64,000 nt of DNA from Dictyostelium discoideum (lineage: Eukaryota): the NCBI GenBank assembly GCA_000004695.1, contig CM000152.2:448001-512000 (forward strand). Reading direction: 5' to 3'. Under the pieces are notes generated by a model. That model saw nothing but the letters and a program-made list of their open reading frames with translations, made no database searches and had not been told where the DNA came from. Position 1 is the stretch's first letter. Every line of letters begins with the position of its first letter. Both the position numbers and the translations under genes were made by a program. This document shows, one piece after another, positions 1-15,344 of this stretch.

Positions 1-653
1 TTTTTTTTTTTTTTTTTTTAACCTATTTTGCAGGTTCAAAATATTAACTATATCATATTTATGAAATAAATTTTAAAAAAAAAGATGGTGAGTTCCCAGC
101 TTTAACAGATACACAAAAGAAATGGATGAAAACAAGAATTAATGAAGCAAAGATTTTAAATAAAATTGTAAATGATGTTGAAACTCAAAGAAATAAAGTT
201 ATTGGTGCTATTAAGACTTTGGAGCAAAAAACTAACAAATCAATTCAAAACAAAAAACAAAAGAAGATTCAAAAAGATACTTTGTTTGAAAAGAAGAACG
301 AATAAATAATAATAATAAAATAAAAACAAAATAAAAAAAACAATTAAAATAAGCAGACACAGACATGAAAACAATAAAATAATAGGAATTTTTTTTTTTA
401 TTTTTTTTTTTTATTTTTTTAATAAAGAAATAACGATCATGATCACTATCATTCGATATTTTTTATTGTTATATTATTTTATTTTTTAGGATTTATTATA
501 TTATTTATTACTGGCATCATTTATATATATAGTTGATAAGAATGGAAACACAACTGAACGATTGAGGAAAAAAAAAAGACTTTATTAAAAAACCAACACC
601 AAAAACTTTGAAGAATTTAGTAGAATACCAAAAAACTAATTTCAACCCATTAA

Positions 654-693
<40 letters not shown>

Positions 694-707
694 GATGATG
701 ATGGTGT

Positions 708-3460
<2,753 letters not shown>

Positions 3461-3538
3461 CTAAAATAAAATTAAATATTAATATTAAAAAAAAAAAAAA
3501 AAAAAAAAATAAAATTATTATTATTTAATATAAATTAC

Positions 3539-3787
3539 CCATTTCTCTATTGAAAGCAAAAGAATCTTGATGAGATTTAACATATGAAGCGATTTCAATT
3601 TGATGAGAGAATCTATACTTTTTAATGATTTCTAAATTATATAATGCAGTATGAGCAACTTCTTTCCAAGATTTTGAAAGATGTTTTAGTGTGAATTTTC
3701 TAGATTGAGAACATGAATCACAATAAAATTCAAATCTACTATCAGATGGCCCAGGTAATACTGTACTACCAACTAAATCTTTCATTT
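3539..3787 (-). CDS. Exon 4 of the same gene: second copy of the Cys/His module (PGPSDSRFEFYCDSCSQSRKFTLKHLSKSWKEVAHTALYNLEIIKKYRFSHQIEIASYVKSH).
   Basis: ORF 3525..3785 frame. Acceptor TTATAG at ~3788 is phase-compatible with the exon 3 donor (C+AA=Gln). The GGTAATT donor coincides with the ORF stop. Confidence 0.5.
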
Positions 3788-3889
3788 CTATAATTTTTTT
3801 TCAATTAAATATACATATGTTAGGTAAAGTGGGAGAGAAAAAAAAAAGATTAAAAAAATATAAATAAAAATAAATAATTAAATACATAC

Positions 3890-4126
3890 GAAAATTAATC
3901 ATTTTTGAACAAGATTTACAAGTTAGAGAATGATTACTATCTTGATCAATATAACCTTCCCATTGTTCACTACCTTTCCAAGTTAACAAACCTCTTTCAT
4001 CTTCGTCGATTGAATCACCATGTCTATAATTTGACCACATACCTGAATCACGTGCAAATGAAATGAAAATTTTTCTATTATATGATAATGTTGCTGTCAT
4101 AATATTTTTCATTTTTGAATGTAAAA
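3890..4126 (-). CDS. Exon 3 of the same gene: ...RKIFISFARDSGMWSNYRHGDSIDEDERGLLTWKGSEQWEGYIDQDSNHSLTCKSCSKMINF.
   Basis: ORF 3801..4112 frame. Acceptor AAG|TTTTAC at ~4127 is in phase with the exon 2 donor. Donor GTATGT is at 3889..3884. Confidence 0.5.
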
Positions 4127-4203
4127 CTTATTATTATTAAAAATAAAATTTATTAATAAATATTTTGTATTTTTATTAAAAATTATTATTATAAATTAAT
4201 TAC

Positions 4204-4455
4204 CTTTATCACGATCAGCCAATAACTCTTTTGAATGTTTATGTACATATTTAATGATTTCTCTATAGTGAGAGAATCTATATTTCTTTTCTCTTTCCAA
4301 ATTGAACAATGAGGTATGGATCATCTCTTTCCAAGTTTTAAATAAATGTCTGAAATAAAATTGACCTTTTGAACAATCAAAACATCTAAATTCATAATTT
4401 TTATCTTCAGGTCCTGGAATAACTTGGATGTTATTTGAAAGGAATACTTTACTTT
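4204..4455 (-). CDS. Exon 2 of the same gene: first copy of a Cys/His module (PGPEDKNYEFRCFDCSKGQFYFRHLFKTWKEMIHTSLFNLEREKKYRFSHYREIIKYVHKH).
   Basis: Acceptor TTTCCAG at ~4456 and donor GGTAATT at ~4203, in frame with exon 1 through a phase-1 junction (G+AA=Glu). The sequence is coding-like and is a clear paralog of exon 4. Confidence 0.5.
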
Positions 4456-4550
4456 CTGGAAATATTTGGAAAAAAAAATGAAAATAATTAACAAAAATAT
4501 GATCAAGAAATTAAAAAATAATAATAATAAATTAAAATTAAAATACTAAC

Positions 4551-4845
4551 CAACGTTTTGTTTGTTGTTACATTTACAACAAATTAATGAGACTGAACCA
4601 GTATATACTTTATCGTATAATAAATTATTTAATGGGTAGTCATCATCAATTGATACATGATGTTGTGATGTAATTAGTTGGAATGAAATATGTTGTTGTT
4701 GTTGTTGTTGTTGATGTTGATTTTGATGTTGATGTTGTTGTTGATGTTGTTGATGTTGTTGTTGGTGTTGTTGTAGTAGTTGTTGGTGTTGTTGTTGTTG
4801 TTGTTGTTGTTGCTGTGGTTGTTGTTGTTGTTGTTGTTGTTGATT

Positions 4846-4912
<67 letters not shown>

Positions 4913-4932
4913 GGTTGTTGTTGTTGTTGTGG

Positions 4933-4972
<40 letters not shown>

Positions 4973-5173
4973 GGTTGTTGTTGTTGTTGTGGTTGTTGTT
5001 GTTGTTGTGGTTGAGGTTGTTGTTGTGGTTGAGGTTGATGTTGTTGATGTGGTTGTTGTGGTTGATGATGGTGTTGTTGTTGTGGTTGCTGTTGATGTTG
5101 ATGTTGTGGTTGTTGCGGTTGTTGTGGTTGTTGCGGTTGTTGTTGTTGTGGATGATGATGATGATGATGATGA

Positions 5174-5227
<54 letters not shown>

Positions 5228-5813
5228 GGTTGTTGTTGTAGTTGTTGTTGTTGGTGTTGATGTTGTTGTTGTTGTTGATGTAGTTGGTGTTGATGTTGTT
5301 GATGTTGAATTTGGATTTGTTGATGTTGTAGTTGTTGATTTTGTTGTTGTTGTAGTTGTTGGTGATGTTGAAGTTGTAGTTGTTGTTGAATTTGGATTTG
5401 TTGTTGTTGTAATTGTTGTTGGATTTGTTGTTGGATTTGTTGGTTTTGGTGAACAGACATATGTGTGAGATGGTTTTGATGTTGTGGTTGATGTTGTTGT
5501 TGGATTTGAGATGGTGGAAATTGTTGGGAAATTGGTTGGTTGTTACCAACTTGTATAGTTTTTTCATTTTTTATTTGATTATCAAATTTAGTTGGAGATA
5601 ATTGTTGTGGACTTGTGTTGTTGTTATTGCTGTTATGATTGTTTGAAAAATTATTTTGAGATGATAAGGTTAAAACAGATGATTGAGAGGATTGTAATTG
5701 TGGAGGTGAATTTAAATGTTGAGTTGACGATGATAATTGGTTTGGAACATGAGGTTGTGATGAACTTAATTCATTATTATTATTTATATTATTATTACCT
5801 ATTATTGTTATTA

Positions 5814-5891
<78 letters not shown>

Positions 5892-5931
5892 CCATTTGTT
5901 TGGCCATTATTATTACTATTATTATTATTAC

Positions 5932-5962
<31 letters not shown>

Positions 5963-6339
5963 GTTGTTGTTATTGTTATTGCTATTATTATTATTATTGT
6001 TATTATTATTACTACCATTTATTCTATTATTATTATTATTGTGTAATGGTGGTTGCTGGATTTGTAATTGCTGAATATTATTCATAAATGATATCATTTG
6101 TTGGTTATTATTATTATTATTTAAAGATGAAGAGGATGATGAAGAAGATGATGAAGAGGATGGTGGTTGTGGTAATGGTACTTGGTTGTTGTTACTATTT
6201 ACAAAGATTGGGTCGTTTAGTTTATTTGTTTTATTATTGTTGTTCCAAATTGGTTCTTCCTTTTTATTCGATAAAGATAATAGTGATCCGATGTGAATAG
6301 AACCATTTGAATAATTATTATTATTATTTGAGTTGGAAC

Positions 6340-6394
<55 letters not shown>

Positions 6395-6535
6395 GTTGTT
6401 GTTGTTGTTGTTACTACCGCTATTATTATGATTAAAATCACTTGGTGTAGTTGATTTCGGATTTGCTAATGATAGCAATGAATATAAATCTTCGTGGTCG
6501 GGAACTGAATGAAATGATTTTAATGATTCATTCAT
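4551..6535 (-). CDS. Exon 1 of a large poly-N/poly-Q protein gene (whole gene 708..6535). Coding frame changes inside an (AAT)n tract near 5798-5830.
   Basis: ORF 5795..6535 (MNESLKSF..., poly-N/S) and ORF 4546..6018 (poly-Q, ...ICCKCNNKQNVG) overlap in different frames. Only the poly-N frame is plausible upstream of ~5830, because the other frame gives poly-I. The donor GGTTAGT at ~4550 coincides with the ORF stop. Upstream of 6535 is homopolymer intergenic DNA. Confidence 0.45.
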
Positions 6536-6542
6536 TTTGCTT

Positions 6543-6573
<31 letters not shown>

Positions 6574-6812
6574 TTTTATTTTATTTTTAAAATAATAATA
6601 GAATTAATACTTATTAAGAATTATATTTATTTTTATTATTAAAATTTTATTTTTACTATTTTGGAATTTTGGGGGTTTGATTGGAATATTTTATTTTTTT
6701 TTTTTTTTTTTTTAAAAAAAAATATTTAAGTGTATATTTAAATATATACAGGTGAATTTAGATTAACTACAAAAAGTTTAATTATTTATTTTATTATTAT
6801 TATTATTATTTT

Positions 6813-6846
<34 letters not shown>

Positions 6847-7139
6847 CTTTCTTTTGTTTAACTTTTTGAAGAGAAATAGATTATAAAAATAAAAATGGGT
6901 GGATTAATTAATTAGAATTTGGCAATATTTTTATTTCTCTTTTTTTATTTTATTTTTTTTTTAAACAATAGATCATAATTTTATTTTTATTATTTTTTTT
7001 TTTATTTTTTTTTTTTTTTTTTTTTAAAAATAAAAATAATCACACCTATAAAAAAAAGAGGATAAAGGAAAAAAATAAAAAATAAAATAAGATAATATAA
7101 ACAAAAAACAAAAAACAATTCCAATTTCCAAAAAATTTT

Positions 7140-7176
<37 letters not shown>

Positions 7177-8367
7177 AAAGGATTTAAAATAACAATAAAA
7201 ATAAAAATATATATATTTGTATAAATGGGTGTGTGTTTAATTTAACAAAAAATACAATTAAAAAATTAAATAAATAAAATAAAATTAAAAAAAAAAGAGA
7301 AAAAAAAAAAGAGAGAAAAAAAAAAAAAAAAATTAAAATTATAATTTATTGGTAGTTAAAAATAGCAACAAGAATATATATATATATTATATTTGTTGTT
7401 GGATGGTTAAATAATATTAAAAAAAAAAAAAAAAAAAATTGTAGTAATAATAATATTATTATTATTATTTTTATTATTATTTTTATTATTATTTTTATTA
7501 TTATTCCTTTGATGTGATGATATAAAATAATTAATATAAAAAGGAATTTATTTGGGGTTTTATTGGAGTTTGAGTGTATGTGCAGTAAGTAACACACAAT
7601 TTTTTTATCTTATCTATACACCACATTTAAAACCACTTTTATTGTGTTTTTTTTTTTTTTTTATTTTTTTTTTTTTATTTTTTTTTTTTTGTTGTTGTTG
7701 TTATTGTTATTGTTGTTTGAATTAATTGTATTATTATTTTTTTAATGATGGTGAGTTTATCAACATCAAACTTGATCTTTTAAAAAAACAATAAATAAAT
7801 AAATAAATAAATAAAAAAAAAAATGGAAAAAAAAAAAAAAAAAATAAAATAAATATTTATTTAATGATAGTAATAATAATTATTCGTAACCATCAAAGAT
7901 AAAACAACTTAAATGATAGAGAGAACTGGGTTAAGGTGAGTGGGTGAGTGTTTGAGAGTGTGTGAGTGTTTTTTTTTTTTTATTTTTTTTTTATTTTTTT
8001 TTTTTTTCTTTATTTGTGTGTTTTTATTTCTTTAAATATAACATTTTAATTTTATTTGTGCACACACACATTCATTAAGTATCAATTGTGAAGTTTAAAT
8101 GGAAATGTGGGGTGAGTTTGAAATGGGTGAGTGGGTTAGTGTGTGAGAGAGAGCGTGTTTAATATAGATATATGTTTGTGAGAGAGGAAAAAAACGAGAT
8201 TATGAGCGAGAATACTGTTTGTTTTAGATAATAGGGTTCCCTTGAAGTGGGGTTTATGAGTGTGAAAAGTGAGTTTGAGTGTGGAATGTGTGTGTGTGTG
8301 TGGTAATTTTATATATATTATGTACAAATATTTAATTTAAAATTATATGTATTATTTGTGAGGGGTG

Positions 8368-8406
<39 letters not shown>

Positions 8407-8892
8407 AAAGCAAAACAAAAATAAAGTTAAATATATACAAAATTCATTCAAATAATTGAAAACGCTGGATTCAAAAATCATCTGATGGGGTCTCTTTTTT
8501 TTTTAAAAAAAAAAAAAAAAAAAAAAAGATAAACATAATTTAATATGACAAATTTGGTGATAACTACCAATTAAAGAAAAATGACCCAAAAGATATTCTA
8601 ATAAACAAAAAAAAAAATTATAAATTTATATAAAAAAAAAAATAACTGTTAAATATGATAATTTTTGGAATGCATATTGTAAAAAATAACTTTTATAAAA
8701 AAAAAAAAAATGGAAATAGTTGGAAAATAACCATTTTAGTTTTGATGAAAAAAAATAAAATAAAATAAAATAAAATAAAATAAAATAAAAACATTGAATT
8801 TTTTTAAAAAATGATATACTATAAATAAAATTTATCTTAAAATAGTTAAATAGATAAATGATACCAAAATTATTACAAAAATCAATGATATT

Positions 8893-8930
<38 letters not shown>

Positions 8931-9630
8931 ATATAAAATATTATTTTTTTTACAAATAAAATAATGATAAAAGAAATAAAATAATTATTATTTTTAACAT
9001 TAAAAATTATTGTTGTCTATTATTATTATTATTTTTTTTTTATTATTATTGGTTTTATTATTATTATTATTGTTTTCATTATTATTCCTTTTTTTTTTTT
9101 TTTAATTGATTGGGAAAAGATTTAATACTTACTTATATGGGATATTGTTTTTTTTTTTTTTTTTTTTAAAATTATAAAAATAATTACTTTTAACCAGGAA
9201 TGAAATAAACAATTTTGTAAATTTTAAATTAGTAATTATGTTTGTTGTTGTTTAATTTAAACAAAAAAAAATCAAAGGATAATAATAATTAAATTAATAA
9301 TTATTTTTTTTTTTTTTTTTTATTTGTTAGAAAAAAAAAAAAATATATAATGAAAAAATATATTTATAATGTTTATAACTATTTTGTTGTTGTTTTTGTT
9401 TGATGTTGATAAAAATTTTAAAAATATAAATAATATTTATTTTCTTTATTTAAAAAAAAAAAAAAAAGATTAAAAAAAAAAAAAAAAAAAAAAAAAGTAT
9501 ATAATTATATTGTTGTTGTTATTGTTTTTTTTTAAAAATTTTTTTTGTTTTTTCCTAATGGAGTGATCTGTAGTATATACTACCAGTATCAAAAAAAATA
9601 ATGAGCAATCAGAATTTCAAGAAGCTAAAC

Positions 9631-9683
<53 letters not shown>

Positions 9684-9802
9684 AATTAAAATAATTAAAA
9701 TTATTATAAAATTATTAAAAAAATAAATAATAATAATAATAATAAATAAAAGAAAAAAATAAATTAAAGTGTACAATATACAATTTGTGGCAAAAATATT
9801 TG

Positions 9803-9838
<36 letters not shown>

Positions 9839-10703
9839 AAACATACACCCCAAACACCACCTATTTCTATGTATTTATCCATTTTTATTTATTTCACTCT
9901 AACCCAAAATTTTGTATTGCATTTGATAAATAAATAAATTGTTTTTAATATTAAAGATTTATCATTTTTTTATATTAATTTCGATGATGTGTATATATGT
10001 GTGTGTATGTGAGTGAGTGTGTGTATATTTTTTTAAAATATGTATTTTGGAGTTAATGTACTTCATTTGTGTGTTGGTAGTACTATATATATATAGGAAA
10101 AAAATTAAAAAATTAAAAAATTAAAAAAAAAAAAAAGCGTGTGTGAGCTGATAATATTATTGTTATGAACACTATTTTAGTAGTTTTTAAAAAACGATAT
10201 GTTAATTTTTTACTATTGTTGGTGAACATAAAATAATAATAAAAAAAAAAAAACTATAAATATCATTAAATTAATTATTAATATTATTATTTTTTAAATA
10301 CATTATTTTTTTATTATTATTTTTTTTTTTATAATATCAAACGGATATGATTTATGTGGTAAAATTATGTGTTTGAGTGTGGTATCATCAATTATTGGAA
10401 GAAGAGTTTCATTCAAAAAAAAAAAAAAAAAAAAAAAACAAGAAAACCAACAATAACGAAAAATATTATCTATTATGGAAAAATTAAAATAAACTAATAC
10501 TATAATTTCTAATTTCACATTGAACATTACCTTATATATATATATATGTGTGTTGAATTTTTGGTGTTATGGTAATAATCGTGGTTATTTATATTTATAT
10601 AAACATATATGTCGATTAATAATTTTATTTATTTATTTTTTAATTTCTTTTTTTTTATTTTTTTTTTTTTTTTTAATTTATCATATCTTAATTTACCAAT
10701 GGG

Positions 10704-10765
<62 letters not shown>

Positions 10766-10848
10766 TAAACTTTTATAAAAAAATTAAAAATGTGTAAACC
10801 ACACATTCTATTGCCCAGTTGGTATGTGTGTGTGTGTGTGACACATAT

Positions 10849-10911
<63 letters not shown>

Positions 10912-11552
10912 AAATTGGAACAATAGTGTGTTTACTCTATCGATCAGTAAACCGAATTATAACTATAAAATTTCATTTATTTTAATTAAAATTCCATATT
11001 AAATTTATTTTTTACTCTCTCCATTATTACCTTTACACATTTCTTTTCCATGCCATTTATATTACACTTCACAATTTATTGTCATTATCATCAGATTAAA
11101 TTTACATTTTGAAACGATTTTGATCAATCACATATTTGTGTTTTTATCGTGAAAAAAAAAAAAAAAAATAAAAAAATAAAAAAAAAAAAAAAAAGAAAGA
11201 TTTTGAAACCCACAAAACATTGATTCGAAAATACCTAAATTAAATTTTATTTTTTTTTTATTATTTTTTTTTTTTTATTTTTTTTTTATTTTTTTTTCTA
11301 AACACTGACAATAAGACCTTCAAAAGAAGTGATTAAATAAAAAAAATAATTATTTGAATAAAAAATAAAAAAAAAAAAGAAAAAAAAAAATTTTAAAAAT
11401 AATTGCCAAAGTTTTATTTGAAAAAAAAATTAATCAAAAAAAAAATAAAAAAAATAAAAAAAATAAAAAAAATTTTTTTAAAAAAAAAAATAAAAAAAAA
11501 TAAAAAAAAAAAAATAAATAAAACACCAAACACAATAAACAATAAACAGCAC

Positions 11553-11580
11553 ATGGAGATATTAACAACAATTGAAAGAA
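11553..11580 (+). CDS. Putative micro first exon (MEILTTIER+1 nt) of the CARMIL-family gene.
   Basis: ATG followed by a GTAAAT donor at 11581. It is phase-1 compatible with the acceptor TTTTTTAG at 11692-11693. The downstream exon has no in-frame ATG before the first stop at 11666. Confidence 0.3.
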
Positions 11581-11693
11581 GTAAATTATATATATATATT
11601 TATTGCTCAATAATAATAAAAAAAAAAATAATCTAACCTAATTTTTTTTTTTTTTTTTTTTTTAATAAATAGAAAATATAGATATTTTTTTAG

Positions 11694-11872
11694 GACAAAA
11701 GAATGAAGATGAAAATTATTTACAAAGAATTGAAGTAAAAGGAAAGAAACCAAGAAAATTATTCTTTATCATTGGAAATAATAGAATTTTCTTTTTTAAA
11801 GTTGGTGGTAAAATTGAAACAGATCATCATTTTTTAGATATTTTAGAATTAAAATATGATGGTATAAAAGAA
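11694..11872 (+). CDS. CARMIL-family protein, exon 2 (N-terminal PH-like region: KGKKPRKLFFIIGNNRIFFFKVGGKIETDHHFLDILELKYDGIKE).
   Basis: Coding-like composition ends at a GTAAGT donor at 11873. The sequence resembles the CARMIL N-terminal non-canonical PH domain. Confidence 0.55.
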
Positions 11873-11971
11873 GTAAGTTTTATTTATTTATTTATTTATT
11901 TATTTGTTTAATTTATTTGTTTTTTGTTTAATAAATTAATTTTTTTTATTTTTTTTTATTTTTATTTTTAG

Positions 11972-12432
11972 ATAACATTAAAATTTAAAAATGATAATGG
12001 TAAAGAACCATTAATATTTGGAGTTGAAACAGATGCAGATGCATCAGAGATTGTTTTGGCAATTGATTATTTATTTACATTGAATTTTCCAGGTATGCAA
12101 TCAAATAGATTAAAGATTACAGTACCAGAACCAAAGAGAACCGAAATTTATAGTTCACCAAATGCATTGATACCAGATATGGGAGCATGTGGAGGATTCA
12201 CTTTAACTTATTTCTCAATGTGTGATCATATGAACATTCAACCAATTAGTGAAGTATCTTGGCATATTGAAAATGTTATCTCTGGTACATTAATAAGAGA
12301 ATTCGATTATGGTTTCTTTTTTAAAAAAGAAAGAATCATCACTGCTGACGCAAGACCAATCATGGCAGCATTATCAATTAATCCTTATTTTAATTCATTT
12401 TCAATTAAAGATATTAAATTATCAAGTGAATG
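11972..12432 (+). CDS. CARMIL-family protein, exon 3 (...LNFPGMQSNRLKITVPEP...GACGGFTLTYFSMCDHMN...).
   Basis: ORF 12056..12436 frame. The FPG... and G.CGGF...Y..C.. motifs match the CARMIL/LRRC16 N-terminal linker. The GGTAATC donor coincides with the ORF stop. Confidence 0.65.
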
Positions 12433-12524
12433 GTAATCATCATTATAATAATAATAATAATGATAATTAATAATATATATATATATATATATATATTAAT
12501 ATTTATTTATTTTATTTTATATAG

Positions 12525-13950
12525 TATTTTTTCAATAATTGGTTTAATTAATCAAAATTTATATTTTACAAAATTAGTATTAAATGGTATTGGATTAGAT
12601 AGATCAACAACAGAGAAATTAATTGAGGCATTTAATAGTAATAAAATGATACCATTGAGAGAATTAGATCTTGGTAATAATTCAATTGAGGATAAGGGTA
12701 TGATGGTTTTGGGTGAATATTTAAAGGTTACACCATATGAATTGAAAAGTTTAATATTGAATAATTGTTCAGCCGGTAAGAATTCAATGACAGTGATTGG
12801 TGAAGCAGTTTCTAATAATGAAAATATTTTAAAGAATTTAAAGTATTTGGATGTCAGTGGTAATAGATTAGAGAATGATGGGTCATCATCATTTTCAAAG
12901 CTATTGGAGAGATCAAAAGTGTTGTCTACTTTTTTAATTGGTAATAGTAATCCACAGTTTCATCAACTTTCAAAGGTTTGTATATCGTTGACTAAATTTG
13001 ATAACTCTGGTAATAGAATCACGAGAAAGGATAACATTCACAGAGATATGGTTAGCTTTTTAAATCATTCCATCTATCTATCGAGTTTGAATCTATCAAA
13101 ATGTCAAATTCCAGTGGAGGCAGTCGCCGATATCTTTGGCGAGGGTAACCTAATCAAATTGGAGACTTTGAACATCTCTGACAACGATTTGGGCGACGAG
13201 GGCATAACGATCCTCTGTGATTTCATGGCAAACCATCAAAGTATTCGTAATTTAGATCTTAGTGGTAACTTTTCAAAGAGAACTAAAGCTAGACAAACCG
13301 CTATAGAATCCATTGTTAATATGTTGGAAAAGAAATCAAAGACTCACAATTCCATACGTTCTTTGATTTTAAACAGTGGTTACACCGGTGGCGGTAGTAG
13401 CAGTAGACAGTTGAAGGGCGATCTATTGCCAATCGTATGCTCGGTGTTCTACAATGGCTCTTTGAAGGAGTTGGATATCAGTGGTCATTCAAGTGGCGAT
13501 ATTTTAGCAGCTGCAATTGGTAAACTCTTGCAATGTAACACTGGTTTGGAAACTCTCTATTTCGATGATAACTCTATTAGTAGTCGTGGTTTGACTTTAA
13601 TTAAATTTGGTTTACAAAGAAATACAACAATCACTCAATTACCATTACCAATTAAAGATATTGCTGCCTCTTTGAAAAGTGATGCAACTCCATTGAATCT
13701 TCAAAAGTTAACAGAGGTTTCAAATGAAATTCAACAAACTATCCTAGACAATTATACAAATAAAATTCAAGGTACAACTCTAACAAATAATTCAATTAAA
13801 ACTCAATCACTCTCTAGATCAAGAGCAAATTCAACTCCATTAGTAATTGATACAAAATCAACAATTGCAACTTGTGCTGGTTTAAATTCTTTTATTTCAA
13901 TTGATATTGATAATACAATTGAACCATTAGCAAATTTAATTGTTAATTAA
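12525..13950 (+). CDS. CARMIL-family protein, terminal exon: ribonuclease-inhibitor-type leucine-rich repeats (LDLGNNSIEDKGMMVLGEYL, LDVSGNRLENDGSSSF, LNISDNDLGDEGITILCDF, LDLSGNFSK...).
   Basis: ORF 12430..13950 frame after the acceptor ATATAG. Repeated L.L..N.I...G LRR units are visible. The stop at 13950 is followed by poly-A intergenic DNA. Confidence 0.7.
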
Positions 13951-13971
13951 GATTTATCTCTTTTATCCAAG

Positions 13972-14006
<35 letters not shown>

Positions 14007-14480
14007 TATTTATTTATTTATTGTTTATTTTTCTTCTTTTTTTTCTTTATTTTTCTTTTTTTTTTTTTTTTATTTAAAAAAAAAAAACATGGAAAATAAA
14101 ATAAAATAAAATAAAAAATAAAAAAATTGTACTTGTATAAAAAAAAAAAAATAAAAAAAAAAAATAACCGAATTTCTTAAAATCTTTAATAATTAATAAG
14201 GGGAGACGAAAATAAAAAATAAAAGTTAAAAAAAAAAAAAAAATAAAATTACTTTTCACCACTTTAATGCTATTTAAATTTTTATAAAAATCCTACTATA
14301 ACCTTAATAATAAATAAAAAAACAAAAAAATTGTTCTTGTATAAAAATAACTAAATATCTTTTTCTAGATTTTTTTTTAAAAAAAAAAAAAAAAAAACTA
14401 TATATTTTGTCGATTTCTTTATTGGGAATTTGAAAAAAAAAAAAAAAAAAAATAAAATATTTTTAAAAAAACTTTTGTTG

Positions 14481-14513
<33 letters not shown>

Positions 14514-14647
14514 ATTCATACACACCTCCTACTCACACACATATTCACACAGAAGAAAAACATTGAAATAAAAGTGATATAGGAGAGAGAGATAAAAAAT
14601 TAAATAATATAAATAAAATATATAATATAATATATATAAAACAATAA

Positions 14648-14978
14648 ATGAAATTAAAACCAAATGATATTTATATACCTTTAAACTCAATACAATTTAA
14701 AATTCATCACAACGACATTAATATAAAATATGATACTGAAGAAGATAACAATAATAACAATAACAACAACAACAACAACAGGTATATAGATGATAATGAA
14801 AAAATGAAAATAAGTGAAGATGAATCAATTTTCAAATCTATTAATAATGATAATAAAAATCAACAAAATGATAATATAATAAATAGTTTCAATAGAGGTA
14901 GTAATTCATTTTTATTTAATATAATAAATTTTTATAAATCACCAAGATTTCTATCAGGTGGTGCTGTTTTATTATATG
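14648..14978 (+). CDS. SLC35-family nucleotide-sugar transporter, exon 1 (N-rich N-terminus).
   Basis: ORF 14648.. frame with a GTAAAT donor at 14979, just before the poly-Ser/low-complexity read-through. Confidence 0.45.
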
Positions 14979-15079
14979 GTAAATTATCATTATTATTATC
15001 ATCATCATCATCATTATTATTATTCTTTTATTTTTTTATTTTTTTTTATTTTTTTACTAATCGATTTCAATGATTATAG

Positions 15080-15258
15080 GTTCAGTTAGTTTATGTCAGA
15101 CAATATTTAATAAAAAAGTAATGACTACATATGATTTTAGTGCTTCAAATTTTTTATTATTCAATCAAATGGTTGTAACAATTGTAATATTACATATTTT
15201 AAAACATTTTAATATTTTAAAAATAAATACAAATTTTGAAAAAGAAACAATTAAAAAA
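15080..15258 (+). CDS. SLC35-family transporter, exon 2 (SVSLCQTIFNKKVMTTYDFSASNFLLFNQMVVTIVILHILKHFNILK...).
   Basis: Acceptor TTATAG at 15078-15079 is in phase with exon 1 (G+GT=Gly). GTATGT donor at 15259. Confidence 0.55.
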
Positions 15259-15344
15259 GTATGTAAAAAAAAAAAAATATATATTATAGTAAGAGAGAGA
15301 GAGATTTTTACTAATTTTCTCTCTTTTTTTATTATTATTATTAG

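Noticed and set aside
4683-5468. Long poly-V/poly-L/poly-I ORFs on the opposite strand or in other frames of (CAA)n/(AAT)n tracts. Examples: 4683..5468, 4780..5241, 2530..3234, 2684..3037, 20807..21487, 21326..22108, 28913..29254, 45460..45840, 1520..1786.
   Set aside because: These are mirror translations of poly-Q/poly-N coding repeats. They are homopolymeric and biologically implausible, and each overlaps a well-supported gene on the other strand or in another frame.
5797-5832. 34-nt GT..AG 'intron' that would repair the frame switch in gene 708..6535.
   Set aside because: It is too short for a spliceosomal intron and has no branch or polypyrimidine context. An indel or slippage in the (AAT)n tract is more likely.
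11403-11636. K-rich 77-aa ORF upstream of the CARMIL gene.
   Set aside because: It is a translation of poly-A/AAAAT intergenic DNA. Only its last 28 nt (MEILTTIER) are used, in a different model, as a possible micro-exon.
14074-14262. Phe/Leu-rich or Lys-rich short ORFs in AT-rich intergenic DNA. Examples: 14074..14262, 10303..10923, 19279..19940, 26161..27473, 43404..43631, 55931..56511.
   Set aside because: These are homopolymer translations with no coding-like composition.
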